Origin: Orbicella franksi
Lineage: Eukaryota
Assembly (NCBI GenBank): GCA_964199315.1
Contig: OZ116712.1
Location: forward strand, 4,402,001-4,466,000
Direction of reading: 5' to 3'
DNA: 64,000 bases
Made by a program: the position numbers and the translations under genes. The stretch's first letter is position 1, and each line of letters begins with the position of its first letter. Shown here piece after piece: positions 9,175 through 20,505 of the stretch. The notes under the pieces were generated by a model. The model saw only the letters and a program-made list of their open reading frames with translations, was not told where the DNA came from and ran no database searches.

Positions 9175-11382
9175 ATGGAGTCCCTTTTGAAAGACCTCAA
9201 GAAACATCTTGAATGCTCGATTTGTCTCGATACCTTCAACGAACCCAAAACTTTATCATGTCTACACACGTTTTGCTGTCAGTGTTTGGAGAATCATGCA
9301 AGAGCCAGCCACAAACAAGGAAAGTTCCGTTGTCCAGAGTGTCAAGCGCAAATCGATCTACCCGAAGGAAATCGTTTCCAAAGTTTACCGAGCAGTTTTT
9401 TCCACAACAGTTTGTTGAGTCTCCTTGCCGTTCGTCGGAGTGGCGATGGAAGTAACATGGCTTGTTCCCAATGTAGGAAAAACAACTCTCAGATGTACTA
9501 TTGCTTTGACTGTGGACGGTTTATGTGCCCAGACTGTTACAACGCACACGAAATGCTAAGCGCATCGTTCGAAGGACATAAAGTCACGTCAGTGAAGGAG
9601 TTTAAAGCAGAAGATTACGAAGCCTTGCTGAAGCGACAGCCATTTTGTTCACAGCAGTTCCACGAAAAAGAAATAACGAGATTTTTCTGTATTTCGTGCC
9701 AAGCTTGTGTTTGCCAAATTTGCATAGTCACGGATCACCGAAATCACGACATCGTTTTACTCGACAAAGCAGCTCATGACGAGAAACCCAACATCATGTC
9801 TGGCGTTGAAACGATCAACGAAAGGGTGAGTGAGCTTATTGAAGTGATTCGACAATTCGAAGAAACGGCTTGTAAGTTGGAAAACAATATCGCAACCGCT
9901 AAACGCGAAGTCTCGCAAGCTGCTGGGCAGATGATCGAAGTGATTCGAGAGCGCGAGCGTGAGTCCATTATATCACTCGAGACAACACGCGTGACGAGAC
10001 TTGAGAGAATCAACTCAGCCATCAAGGAAGCTCAGTCTCTGCTCAAACAAATGAAGCAAGCGGTTGAGTTTGCTAAAAATCTGACAGAAAGAAGCTCAAG
10101 CTCAGATATCATGAGGAACAAGGAAACTTTGAAACAGCGATTTGAAGTATTGGGTGAAATTGAAGTTCCAAAACATGATGAGACCTCATTCGTCAAATTT
10201 ACCACTGCTTCTGCAAAGAACTTGAAATTAGGTTTTATTGAGACAATCCCAAAGGCAGACGCAAATCGATCAACGCTTGAAGGACTGAAGCAAACTCTTC
10301 AGGCAGGTGTAGAAGCAGTGTTTACGTTATGCCCCCAAACATCTGAAGGGACGATGATTAACCACCCTGACCTGAAAGATCAAGTTGAAGTTTTGATTGA
10401 ACCCGGCAAAGATGTTACAAATGTGATTCTTAGTGAGAAAGAGGACGGTAATCTTCAGCTGAAATTCACTCCAAAAGTACCGGGCGACTACAGTATTGAA
10501 ATGAAGATCAATGGCGATAAGCTTCCAACCTGTCCTTTCACAGTGCAGGTGAAAGAACGTGAACTCGTTGTCGTTGGCGAGTTGGACTTAAAATTCTTTC
10601 CAGGAGAGGAACCCGGATGGCTGAATGGAATCGCTGTTAACTCAGAAGGCAAGATAGTTGTGACAGATTACTCTGGCGACTATGTTCACGAGTTCGACAG
10701 AGATGGTAACTGTTTAACGAAACGTGGTAGCGAAGGAGCAAATCCCATAAAATTTGGCTATGCGTCTGGCGTTTCCTATGTAAACAAGAACGAGATTCTA
10801 GTTGCAGATCAAGGGAATTATAGAATACAACACATAAATATTCAGACAGGAACTGTTGTGAAAAGCTTTGGAAAATATGGCACAGGAAAAGGAGAGTTTA
10901 AGAATCCAGTTGACGTTTGTTTAGATAATGAAGGACGCATTGTTGTAACCGAGTACGGCAATCATAGGATACAAGTGTTGTCACAGGAAGGAAAAACTAT
11001 TTCCATACTTGGAGACAGAGGCCCAGAGAGACTCAACAACCCAACAAGCTGCATTCCTTACAAAAACATGTTTCTCGTATCTGAAAGCGGCAATCACTGT
11101 ATTAAGGTTTTCAATCTGTCAGGAACTTTCTTGTACAAGTTTGGAAACAAAGGGAATCAAGATGGACAATTTGACTGGCCATATGATATGCTTCTAGACA
11201 GCTCCAATAATCTTCTTGTATGTGATCGTGGTAATAATCGAGTTCAGCAGTTTTCTTTAGACGGTCGCTCCACAGGCAAAACTTTCACTGATTTACCAGG
11301 TCCTACTGGAATAGCAACAGCGCCAGATGGACGTATTCTCGTGACTAGCGATAAAACTGACAAAGTATACATATTGAAGTAG
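9175..11382 (+). CDS. TRIM-NHL E3 ubiquitin ligase (RING-B1-B2-CC-filamin-6xNHL; TRIM71/LIN-41-like architecture), copy 2, 735 aa, intronless
   Basis: C3HC4 RING (CSIC...CLHTFCCQC...CPEC), two B-boxes, coiled coil, filamin fold (FTPKVPGDYSIEMKING) and NHL repeats (P.GIAV...IVV.D..N.RIQ). The ATG at 9175 is homologous in all copies; the track's TTG start at 9058 is not used. Confidence 0.95.
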   Translation: MESLLKDLKKHLECSICLDTFNEPKTLSCLHTFCCQCLENHARASHKQGKFRCPECQAQIDLPEGNRFQSLPSSFFHNSLLSLLAVRRSGDGSNMACSQCRKNNSQMYYCFDCGRFMCPDCYNAHEMLSASFEGHKVTSVKEFKAEDYEALLKRQPFCSQQFHEKEITRFFCISCQACVCQICIVTDHRNHDIVLLDKAAHDEKPNIMSGVETINERVSELIEVIRQFEETACKLENNIATAKREVSQAAGQMIEVIRERERESIISLETTRVTRLERINSAIKEAQSLLKQMKQAVEFAKNLTERSSSSDIMRNKETLKQRFEVLGEIEVPKHDETSFVKFTTASAKNLKLGFIETIPKADANRSTLEGLKQTLQAGVEAVFTLCPQTSEGTMINHPDLKDQVEVLIEPGKDVTNVILSEKEDGNLQLKFTPKVPGDYSIEMKINGDKLPTCPFTVQVKERELVVVGELDLKFFPGEEPGWLNGIAVNSEGKIVVTDYSGDYVHEFDRDGNCLTKRGSEGANPIKFGYASGVSYVNKNEILVADQGNYRIQHINIQTGTVVKSFGKYGTGKGEFKNPVDVCLDNEGRIVVTEYGNHRIQVLSQEGKTISILGDRGPERLNNPTSCIPYKNMFLVSESGNHCIKVFNLSGTFLYKFGNKGNQDGQFDWPYDMLLDSSNNLLVCDRGNNRVQQFSLDGRSTGKTFTDLPGPTGIATAPDGRILVTSDKTDKVYILK

Positions 11383-11477
11383 ATGTTTCAATACATAAGA
11401 TTATATTCAGTTTTTGTCAGTTTGTACCGACCCTGTGTTGGACTGTACGGTCTCTGTGACGTTATGTTTATATAGCT

Positions 11478-11650
11478 CAGGGGCGGATCCCGGATTTTTC
11501 TTAGGACGGGTGCACCACTAAGGAATAGCGTAACTGACTGGTGAGGTAAACAAATTTTACAAGCGAATCCGAAAAAGAAGGCTTCATCTTGGGAAGGGGG
11601 GGAGGGGGACGGTGCGCACCCCCTGCACCCTCTCCCTAGATCCGCCCCTG
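11478..11650. mobile_element. 173-bp MITE with CAGGGGCGGATC TIRs in the 3' flank of copy 2
   Basis: caggggcggatcc...agatccgcccctg. It interrupts the 3'-flank motif that is continuous after the other copies. The TSD is imperfect. Confidence 0.8.
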
Positions 11651-11749
11651 AAAGCTTAATACCCAAATTGCCGTGTGAAGTAATCTAGTGAAGTATTATG
11701 ATGTAAAGACTTTAACATTGATAAGTGAAATGGTGACTTGGATAAAGTG

Positions 11750-11955
11750 AAATAAATGAAGAAGTGTTCTCAAGTCGAATTACTCAGAAAATAAATTTTC
11801 TGAGTTCCCCAAGGGAGGTAGTTTAAGACCTTGCTCGCCATGAGTTCTCCATAGCTCAGCGGTAAGAGCGTCCAACTTGTATTCTAGAAGGTCGTGGGTT
11901 CGACTCCCGTTTATTTTGTGAGTAATTCGACTTGAGAACGCTTCTTCATTTATTT
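11750..11955. mobile_element. ~205-bp element with ~45-bp TIRs enclosing a tRNA-derived sequence
   Basis: aaataaatgaagaagtgttctcaagtcgaattactcagaaaataa and ttattttgtgagtaattcgacttgagaacgcttcttcatttattt are inverted complements (2 mismatches). The interior has A-box TAGCTCAGCGGTAAGAGC and B-box GGTTCGACTCC. Confidence 0.75.
11842..11910 (+). ncRNA. tRNA-derived (SINE-like) Pol III cassette, not a functional tRNA
   Basis: A and B boxes are at tRNA spacing. The anticodon stem is mispaired (tccaa/tctag) and the acceptor stem is incomplete. Confidence 0.55.
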
Positions 11956-12335
11956 GACCTTTACATTTGTGTAGCAAATTGTGTAGCAAGCATGTCTAAA
12001 AGATGTAACGTTATCACTGTTTCAAAGAAACCTTACACTTTTGCAATAGTCGAGGGGGTTTAGGAGCAAAAAACTGTAAATTAAGATTAATGCTGTTTTC
12101 AAATATCTTGATTTGCTTTATAACACATATCTCCTTGTTAAAGAATCTTCTTTTGTAAGAACATTGACGCTTACATTAACCTTTAATGTTTTGGAACGTA
12201 ACATGCCAAGAACACAGTAGGTTGCGGATTGTTATAACAAATATGTGAAAGAAGATCAGAGTACTGATAGACTCTGGTAAAATTAAGACTTCAGCCTATA
12301 CAGTTCAATTACATTAGCAAATGTCTTGAGGGACT

Positions 12336-12500
12336 AACAACAACAACAACAACAACTTTTTTTATTATGACTGGCATATTTACAATTTTACAGAAATATA
12401 TACACATTAAGTTAAAAAACTTGACAATAGCAACAGCGCGAACCCGCAGGTAGCCTGGGCTAATCTAGGCGGGCCACATCTATATTTATATTAGACCATT
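12336..12500 (-). mobile_element. Probable 3' tail of a LINE/SINE, (TTG)n tail on the minus strand
   Basis: (CAA)n microsatellite followed by AT-rich UTR-like sequence and a GC-rich stem-loop-like segment. It is absent from paralogous modules. Confidence 0.4.
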
Positions 12501-12911
12501 AATACATAAATACGATTGTTATGCAACTACTTATAGCTAGAAGGATTTTTGTTGAGGCCCGCGCTCAACCCCCCTTTTTGCACAGTTGTTTCTCGCAGCC
12601 GACATCCGGGCATCGAGGCCTGTGAGAAAAAAAACACTATTGTTGTTAATTCCCGTGTGCATGCGGTCTAGTCAGTTTATACCTTTTGGAACCTTTTCTT
12701 TTCACCCTTGTCCGCCTCTGGATCCTTTTCACCAAACGTCGATAATCGGTAGGCTTTGCTGTTTTATCTTAGCATTTAGTTTTGTTTGATGCTGTTATTT
12801 TTAGTTGGTTCGTCGCTATGTTAGTAACTTTCGTTACCCTAGCCAGCAGCTTGTAATTTTAGCCATTAGTTAATTATTTTCAGAATAAAATGGGGACTTA
12901 AGTAAAGAACT

Positions 12912-13238
12912 GGGGTGCTTACCATTTGTCAGAATAAACCGGTTGGGATGACCGTTGTATAATGGTAAGGGTTTTTCCAAAATCAGCAAACCAACCGAAC
13001 GAGATGGCGCTTACCATTTGCAATTTGATTTCTCATAATTGCTTTCGGCTGATGAGAGACTGAAAACTGGAAAATTTACCAAATGGTAAGGAAAGTCCCG
13101 CCGTTCCGTTCCGAACGGAAAAAGAGGACTACCTCTGAAGGTAGTCTACAATTTCCGAACGGATTTTCCGGAAAATTACTGTTCCATTTGACTTTCAACC
13201 GTAATTTCTGGATTTTTTTGCTAAATGGTAAGCACCCC
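12912..13238. mobile_element. ~327-bp MITE with GGGGTGCTTACCATTT TIRs
   Basis: ggggtgcttaccatttg...taaatggtaagcacccc, with internal repeats of cttaccattt/aaatggtaag. Confidence 0.8.
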
Positions 13239-13958
13239 TGACCTCGTCACGTTCCTATCGGCTTTGGGATAAGCTTCACCAAGAACGCCTATTCAGACTT
13301 ATTTGAACATATTGAAAGACTAGGCTTGTGTCATTGCATGGTTCATTATACAATATCTTGGGTTATTCTAAAAGCTTTTTTAAAATCTTAAACGATAGGA
13401 GACTTTAACCTGTAACAAAAAAAGGACTGTAACTTGTAACATTTAAAAGTTGTAAATTTAATGTAAAACAAAGACCCTTCAGCCGCAGTCCGAAACGTAG
13501 CTAAATTTATGGCCAAATCACAGCCTTGTTTACAAACAGAGCAGACCATCGTAATAGTTCTTCTTTCAGATAGGAAACTTAGCGCCAATTTGAATGAAAT
13601 TTGTGGGTTGTAAAAGCACTATACCTGTAATTTTGTCTTTGCTTTGAAATTTGTAAAGTGGTGAGTGTGTTGCATGAAACTACTTGAGCACAGTTGGTCA
13701 AATTTGCATATTCCAGATTGAATTAATTTGATGCATCAGCTGTGCTCATTAGGATGCGTAGAATCAAGTTATTTTCAGATTAGCTTTCAGTCTTACTTTG
13801 CACGAAGCAGCAGCGGAAAAGACTGACTGTACTTGCCGGTTGACTGCATAGCATGGGGTGGTGGGCGACAGTTAATTAGCCCCACCATCCCAAGGTTCGT
13901 TTTCTTTGCTCTCCCTGCAACTTGCGTGCGGCCAGAGTGCGGAAAAAGCTTTAGCTAG

Positions 13959-14303
13959 TACAATACAATACAATAACTTTATTTATACAGGGAGTATATA
14001 CAAAGTTCTATATCGCTTTACAGTCATGAAAGTAAAACTAAATTAATAAATAATTTAAACTAAATTAAGTATAAACTTTAAGATAGAAATAACTATCGGA
14101 AAACAATTCTGAAAAGATGAGGTTTTAAACGCTATTTAAACACGGCGACCGATGGACTTAACTTAATTTCAAGAGGCAAATCATTCCATAGTTTGGGGGC
14201 GGCAACTGAGAAGGCTCAGTCTCCGTAAGTTTTTAGACGCACCCTAGGAACTTCCAAAACATATTTTCCAAAAGAGCTTAAACTCCTTGGTGGATTATAG
14301 AGA
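13959..14303 (-). mobile_element. 5'-truncated L2/CR1-group LINE fragment (ORF2 C-terminus + 3' UTR + (ATTGT)n tail)
   Basis: The minus strand reads LYNPPRSLSSFGKYVLEVPRVRLKTYGD*AFSVAAPKLWNDLPLEIKLSPSVAVFK*RLKPHLFRIVF. This is the typical G.RAFS.AAP.LWN.LP...FK..LK.HLF end of L2/CR1 ORF2, with two stops. The insertion is absent at the paralogous site ~19350-19380. Confidence 0.85.
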
Positions 14304-15185
14304 AAGCTTGCTACGCAGTTAAGAGGGGATAACCTGCTATTCTAGGTTTAATTTCACGACAGGGAGGGGTTAGGAATTTGTACTGCTCTGGATGACAGAT
14401 GGGAACTGCGCAGACTTAAGAAATACTGAATTTTGGGGACATAAGAAACCTTTTTCATTTTTCTAAGTCGTCGTTACCCTTATGACATCATGTTTACATA
14501 GTTTTATGCTCAAATTACGTCGTAAACTAATCTAGTTCATCTAGTTACAATGTCGCATAGAATTTTACATTTAAAACACGAAATCGAGCGAGTAGTAAGT
14601 CGAAATGAATCACGCGCGTTCTTTTTTAAGTGGCGTTTGTAAGAAACGTTACATTTTACTATGGTGGAGAAAGAGTATCAGCTATTACCCATTATCCTCG
14701 GTGTAAACTTTCTCGTAGGGGGAAGGGGGGAGAAAAGATGATGATTTATTACGATGAATACCGTAAACCATTAAGACGCCAAAACCTTACGTCACGTTCA
14801 CATATAAAAATAAATAAATAAAAAGCTGTGTTAACAAACGGAAGCATGGAAGAAAAACGATTTGAAAGACAAAACTAAGAATTATTAATCACAGTGTGGA
14901 CGAAGAAAGACAACCGACGATGACATCACAGTCAACGCTGCTGTCGTTGTTGTGTCTAGAAAGGGTCTTAAATGCGTTCAAGCAGATTTAAATAAGTACG
15001 AATTAGTTTTCTAGCTGGTTCGAGCGATTTGATTTTGAAAGACACTTGCGTGTAGCTTTTGTAACCAGCTGCGCAGGCTAAGGAGTGTTCCGCCCGTCTC
15101 TTTTTAATGAAGACTGGGTCGAGAGTGTGTACGCATGACCGCTCGAGCGCACCGCGCAGAGAATCTTCCGTGTCAGGTAAAAACG

Positions 15186-15264
15186 TAGGCTCGATTTCCG
15201 CCGCTTTCTCGAGTCCGGAGGAGTTGGGACTCCTTCCCCAACAGCGGCTGGTTAATCGAGCCTA
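15186..15264. mobile_element. 79-bp TAG-terminal mini-MITE with a degenerate 9-bp TSD
   Basis: gtaaaaacg|taggctcgatt...aatcgagccta|ggaaaaatg. The empty site ggaaaaacg is at ~6972. Confidence 0.7.
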
Positions 15265-16943
15265 GGAAAAATGTTGGCGTAGCACTAATTTGAATGTAAC
15301 GCAGCCATTTTGTCCATTCTGTCCTGTCAGCTGAATTAGTTACGATTAAAAATGCACAGCGATAGGGAACTCTAAAATGTCACGGAACAGGGGCCTGGAA
15401 TGGAATTTTTGGTTTCATAGGCATAGGGGCACCTTCGGACTTGAGGTGGGGCGGGGGCGATGACTTTCTTGCCCGAAAAAATGACGTAATGTTCGAATGC
15501 GTGAGTGTTGAAATTGGGATCTCAAACACACTCAAATTGCATAAAAAACGCAAACCTTCTCAATTCTCACATCTAATTAAACTGCTATAATTCCAAAAAA
15601 AAATATATCCAATATTAAGAGCTAGGTTAACTCAATGGCCTTCATCAACAGTCTCAATCTAGTCAAATCTAAAACTTATTAAAAGAAAAAGTTTTCCCTT
15701 CCATGGTGTTGTCCTAAAATGTTAATTATCTTGTCCATATTGTTCAAAGTGACTTTATTGCCATAGGAGCGCTCAATACGAACCTCAAGCATGTTAAAGC
15801 ATGGCTTGAGCCTAATTTGCATTTAATCCGAAAAACAGTAATTAGTCTGCCAGGATTTGGTTTAATCTTTGCAGAACTAACAGCCTGACCAATCTCGACG
15901 ACCTTAATATTGTAAGACCAATAAAATCTGATAAAATAAGTCACGTGACTATAATTAATTGTAATGTTGTTTGGAGAAACAACTTAAAATGGACCACCGA
16001 GATGACATACAATCACTTTCACATTTATTATTTTTATAATTGCGCTAATGGCCCCTGCGAGAATCTGTCCTGAATGGCCGACTAAAATATCCAGTTTAGA
16101 AGTTATTACGTAAAAGAGGTCACGTGACCCTCTGTAGTTCCATATATAACCTTAAGGGGGTACGATACCCTAAAATATGCCGATGTTCATGAAAAATTCA
16201 ATTTCTTGGAAATACAAGACTTAAGACCCTTGAGGAATTGTCAAAAACATTTTGAAACGATCTTGCCGAATTTCCTTCCAGATGAGTGTGAAAGTACACA
16301 GTGGTATAAGTTTTTTCACGTAGCAACGGCTATAGCAAGACTGTTTACTATAAGAACGTGACCAAAAATATAGATTATTTTTAACTTATATGAACGAAAC
16401 AATTTAGAAAAAAACTTTTAAGACATGCACAACTCGATTGGTATGATTATTTGTGAAAAGCTTTCCCTCAAATTGCCATCACAGGCTCATTCATTTCCCT
16501 TATGAAAAGGAACATTTCCCACAACTGCGGTAACTTTTTACAAAATAGAACGACCATTGCACCCCCTCCCCCGAGATACAATCTGCACCCCCCCGCCTCC
16601 CGCTATTTGTGGCTCGTTAAATGCTTAATACTTCGTGTAAAAAACTTAAAGTGCATTTTTCTCAAAAGTTTACTTTTGGACCGACTGACTTCGCGCCAAC
16701 ATTTCTACTTTGCAAGGTTTTTAAGTAGAATTCCCGAAACTTGGGCTCATCAAAGAACAATAGTGTCGTGATGTCATAAACCAAAACAATCAGTTGGCTC
16801 AGTACCCTAAAGAGTGCTTTAGAAGCTCTCGCTGTGGACCATCTGAGACTGAACTCTCTAAGATGAACGAAAACCGCGTTTTCAACCCCTAAAAGGTACG
16901 ACGGGCACCCCCGTCATTTTTATATGGGAGTTCCCGTTCCGGG

Positions 16944-17580
16944 GTACCGACCCTGTGTTGTAAAGCACGGTCTCTATGACGTCATGTTTATATGGGATTA
17001 TGCACAAATTACGTTGTGAACTTATCTAGTCAAGTATTATGCTGTACAGAATTTACATTGAAAAGTTGAAATCGTGTAGTAAGCGTGTCTAAGAGATTTA
17101 TCGTTTTCTGTGTAGGGTTCCAAGGGAACCTTACACTTTTCTAAAAGACGAGAGAGTTTGGGAGATATTGATTTGGCTTACATAATTTAAACCACATTAT
17201 CTATTTCTACATTCCGCGGGCTTTATTTCTGTAAGAATCTTTTTCATAATAGCGTTGAGGCCTAATTAAGTTAAGCCTCATTTTAAAATCATTACATACA
17301 CACACCAGGCTGAGAGTTACTAGAGGAGACATATTTAATTTGTCACCCGCGTGTGAAAGAGCAGTACTGTTAAAGTATGTTAAAATTATGACTTCAAGCT
17401 ACTGTAGGTTATACAGTTAGCTACAGAGTGAAAATTAGCAAAATAATGTCTTTTCGCCTTGTTTGAACATATTAAAACAATGAGCTTGTGTTATTGCATG
17501 ATTCATCGTACAACATCTTTTTTTAAACCTCAATCGACAGAAAATGGTAACTTATAACTCACTTAACTTAAGTTGTAAAT
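16944..17580 (+). repeat. Orphan TRIM 3'-flank module without a preceding gene (also 24692-25330 and 46649-47290)
   Basis: It begins with gtaccgaccctgtgttg...gtctctatgacgtcatg, which follows real genes 30 bp after the stop codon. Confidence 0.8.
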
Positions 17581-17581
17581 A

Positions 17582-17875
17582 CAATGAAACCTGTATTAAG
17601 CGGACACCCTCAGGACCTTCCCAAGTGTCCGCTTAATAGAGCGTGTCCGAAAGGTTTATAACAATTTCGCAATGTTTATTAATAATTAACATTCAACGGT
17701 TCCTCTGTACTGTAATAAAGTTCCAGGTTGTTAACGAAGCAATCCAGATTTCAAGTTCGTCAGCTTTCATTACCAACTTTAATTTGTTTGTGATAATGCC
17801 ATTTCCATACAGCAACGATAATACAGGTACGTTTAATCGACTGTTTCAAGGACGTAATCCAGAGCCATGCATTTC
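17582..17875. mobile_element. Truncated copy of the Tc1/mariner (pogo/Tigger-like) MITE, right part replaced
   Basis: The left TIR caatgaaacctgtattaagcggac after TA matches 25331. Homology is lost after gtaatccag, and the flank resumes at ~18834. Confidence 0.7.
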
Positions 17876-19239
17876 TCCGGTCAGTGGGTTTAATGATTCC
17901 TTTAAGGTTACTTTTAAAGCATCACATTTCGACTCAGAATGAAGGAAAAGACTTCTTATCTACTTCAATTTTTCAAAATTTTCTAAGGGGCTGGGGGCAT
18001 GCTGGGGGGCATATTGGGGGCATGCTTTCTAAGGGCTTGGGCATGCTTTCGAGCGCTGAAGTTGCTAACCTCCTAGGAGATGTGGGGGCATGCTCCCCCG
18101 GGAAATTTTGAAATTGAGACGCTTGGAATTGCTATTTTCAGCCATTTTTCAGTCAGTATTTGGACCTAAAGTACAATCGAACCTATGACTATTTTTACCA
18201 TGTTTATGTTTAACAACCGTTCTTTAACTCAAAATCTCAACGGCCTCAATCAGATAATCTCTCCTATCTATAATCTTCCTTTGAATTTGGCGTAACCCTT
18301 ACTTTCCGCTGAAGACGAGAAGACCTTGGCAGCTTTCCCCTGTCTCTCTTTTCCTTCCATAATGCCATTTGTTGATAATACAGCTTCATATTCTTTTACT
18401 GGTGACCCACTGATAAAAATATGAAGCAGACTTTCGAAGATCTCTTTCCTTTCTCCTTAAGCGTGTTTTTAGACGTTTTAGGCCACTGCTCTCTCAGCTG
18501 AGAGTGAGAAAAAATACTCAGCAATGACGGACTCGATTTATTCGACGCGGACGTTTTAGCATATATATAAGAAAGCCTGTGTTTCACGACCCGTCGACAT
18601 CGTGCGTGAGAGGAAAACACATTTAAAACTCTGGAAATACGTCTTCACTTCGACTCAGACGTTTAAAACAATCACTGCATCCTCAGTTCCGAAATTCGTT
18701 GTCGGTCTATCTGGCCATTGGTGTCGCTTTCTCTATTTCGCTGGAATAGTCTGTCGTTCGTCGCCAATTCATAGCTCTCATGTCGCCGTTTCAAGGCCAT
18801 GTCGCTTGTCGGAATTTACCCCTAACAAGGCGTCTGTATAATGTAAGAATAAGAACCTTCAGCCGCAGTCCGAATTTAGCATAAATTGCGATGAAATTCA
18901 TTGTTTACAAATGCATGGCTTTGAACAGATCGGGCTGAACCGAACTGATCGAAAGTGTTTCGCTTCCAAATAAAGAACTTAGTGCCAATTTGAATAAAAG
19001 TTTTGGGCTGCAAAAGTTCTATGGCTGTTGCCTTTGATTTTAAATTCGTAAAGTGGTGAGTGTGTTGCAAGAAACTACTTCAGCACAATTCGTCAAGTTT
19101 GCATATTTCGGGTTGAATTAATTTGATGCATCAGTTGTGCTCATCAGGATGCGATACGTTCTGAAGTAATTTTTAGTAGGGCTTTTTGTCTTACCTTGCA
19201 CGAAACAGCACCGGAAAAGACTGACTGTACTTGCCGCTT

Positions 19240-19385
19240 GACTGCATAGCATGGGCATGGGGTGGTGGGGCGACAGTTAGCCCCACCATCCCATACTTCG
19301 TTTTCTTTGCTCTCGCTCCAACTTGCGCGCGGCCCGGTTGCAGAAAAAGCTCTAGCTAGTACGGGAACACTTGCTACGCAGAGTC
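19240..19385. mobile_element. Old degenerate MITE (gactgcatagca...tgctacgcagagtc) shared by upstream modules (~13840, ~26210, ~48855)
   Basis: Imperfect inverted ends and an internal ggtggggc/gccccacc hairpin. Present in four paralogous modules. Confidence 0.45.
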
Positions 19386-20394
19386 GAGTACGTTTAGGAT
19401 GTGATAACCTGCTATTCTAGGTGTAAACTTTCACAAGGGGGAGAGTTGGAGTAGGAATTTGCACCGCTCTGAATGAACAAATGAGAAACGCGCAGACTTG
19501 AGAAAAACTGAAATTTTGAGACTTAAGAAACCTCCTTGTTTTTACGTTTTTCATTATTCTCTGACGTTGTTACTCCATGACATCATCTTTTTATAGTGTT
19601 ATGCCCAAATTACGATTTGAGCTAATCTAGTAGTTACTAAGGTGGTTAGATCGAGTTTTTGAGTAGCAATACCTAACAACTTAGAGGTCTTTCAGCGACC
19701 AGTGACAACTACAATGTTGTAAAGAATTTTAACATAAGATAGCACCGCGAGAGAAATATCCTTTGTTAAAAACGCTATGAATGCTTTAGGTTATCACAGC
19801 TGATTAAGATCCTCAAGGTTTCTTCTACTAAATTATTAGCCATTGTTTACAATTAAAAACTGTCGTGAAAATGTATATTGTACCTCTCCTCAAAGGAGCT
19901 ACTTCACGGTTTGTGCATCGTGAAAAGTCTCTTCGTTTGTAATCCGTGTCAATCTTCTCCATCCTTAACAATCCTTGTTCCTTTATGGTTTATTATTATT
20001 ATCTCTTTTGTGTTTCTCTATCTGACTAAAGACTATTTTCAAGTTTCCTTCAAATTAAAGTTAATTTTGTACTTAAGAATGATTTTCGCCTGCCTAAGAG
20101 TATATAGTCTGGGCATGAAAAATATAAATTCTTCCAAGCAGAGTGTGTATTGGCCAACATTTTACTACCACTTCATGACACTTCGGGTTAAAAGTGGCGA
20201 TATTTTCTGGGGGGAGGGTTTGTCTCTTTGTTTCTTTCTTTTGCGTAGACCGTCTGCGACGTGTATGAAAACACGACAAGCATTTCCGATTTATCAACTA
20301 CTTAGAGCCTCTTTACTGACCCCTGGCTTCATATAATTATCCATGCAAACGCTCAAAAGACCAACTAAGGCTTCACTCAGAGGTCAATAATTTT

Positions 20395-20442
20395 GTGACA
20401 TTTGATTGGCTCCAAGCAGACAGTTATGACGTTAATTAATTC
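20395..20442 (+). promoter_or_regulatory. Conserved proximal promoter block, copy 3
   Basis: gtgacatttgattggctccaagcagacagttatgacgttaattaattc. Confidence 0.55.
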
Positions 20443-20505
20443 GGTTTCTAGGAAAACTAAAAATAAAAGCTTATTGCAGTATCACTGAACAAGCGACGCC
20501 TAGCG

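Noticed and set aside
10600-11382. Diversity-generating retroelement or RAG-like somatic mechanism behind the loop variability
   Set aside because: No reverse transcriptase, template repeat or recombination signal sequences were seen, and substitutions are not adenine-specific. Germline selection plus conversion is sufficient.
11842-11910. Functional tRNA gene
   Set aside because: The anticodon and acceptor stems are mispaired and it sits within TIRs. Treated as a tRNA-derived repeat.
15420-16780. Unique block with G/C-rich tracts, possible composite transposon
   Set aside because: No matching termini, TSD or ORF could be defined.
18240-18470. Possible hAT transposase C-terminal remnant on the minus strand (ESLLHIFISGSPVKEYEAV)
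   Set aside because: The resemblance is too short to support without a search, and no clear TIR/TSD pair was found.
19878-20336. 152-aa and 141-aa ORFs upstream of copies 3 and 4 (also 26818-27243)
   Set aside because: TTG start, AT-rich hydrophobic low-information sequence, different C-termini, and disrupted in the copy-7 paralog.
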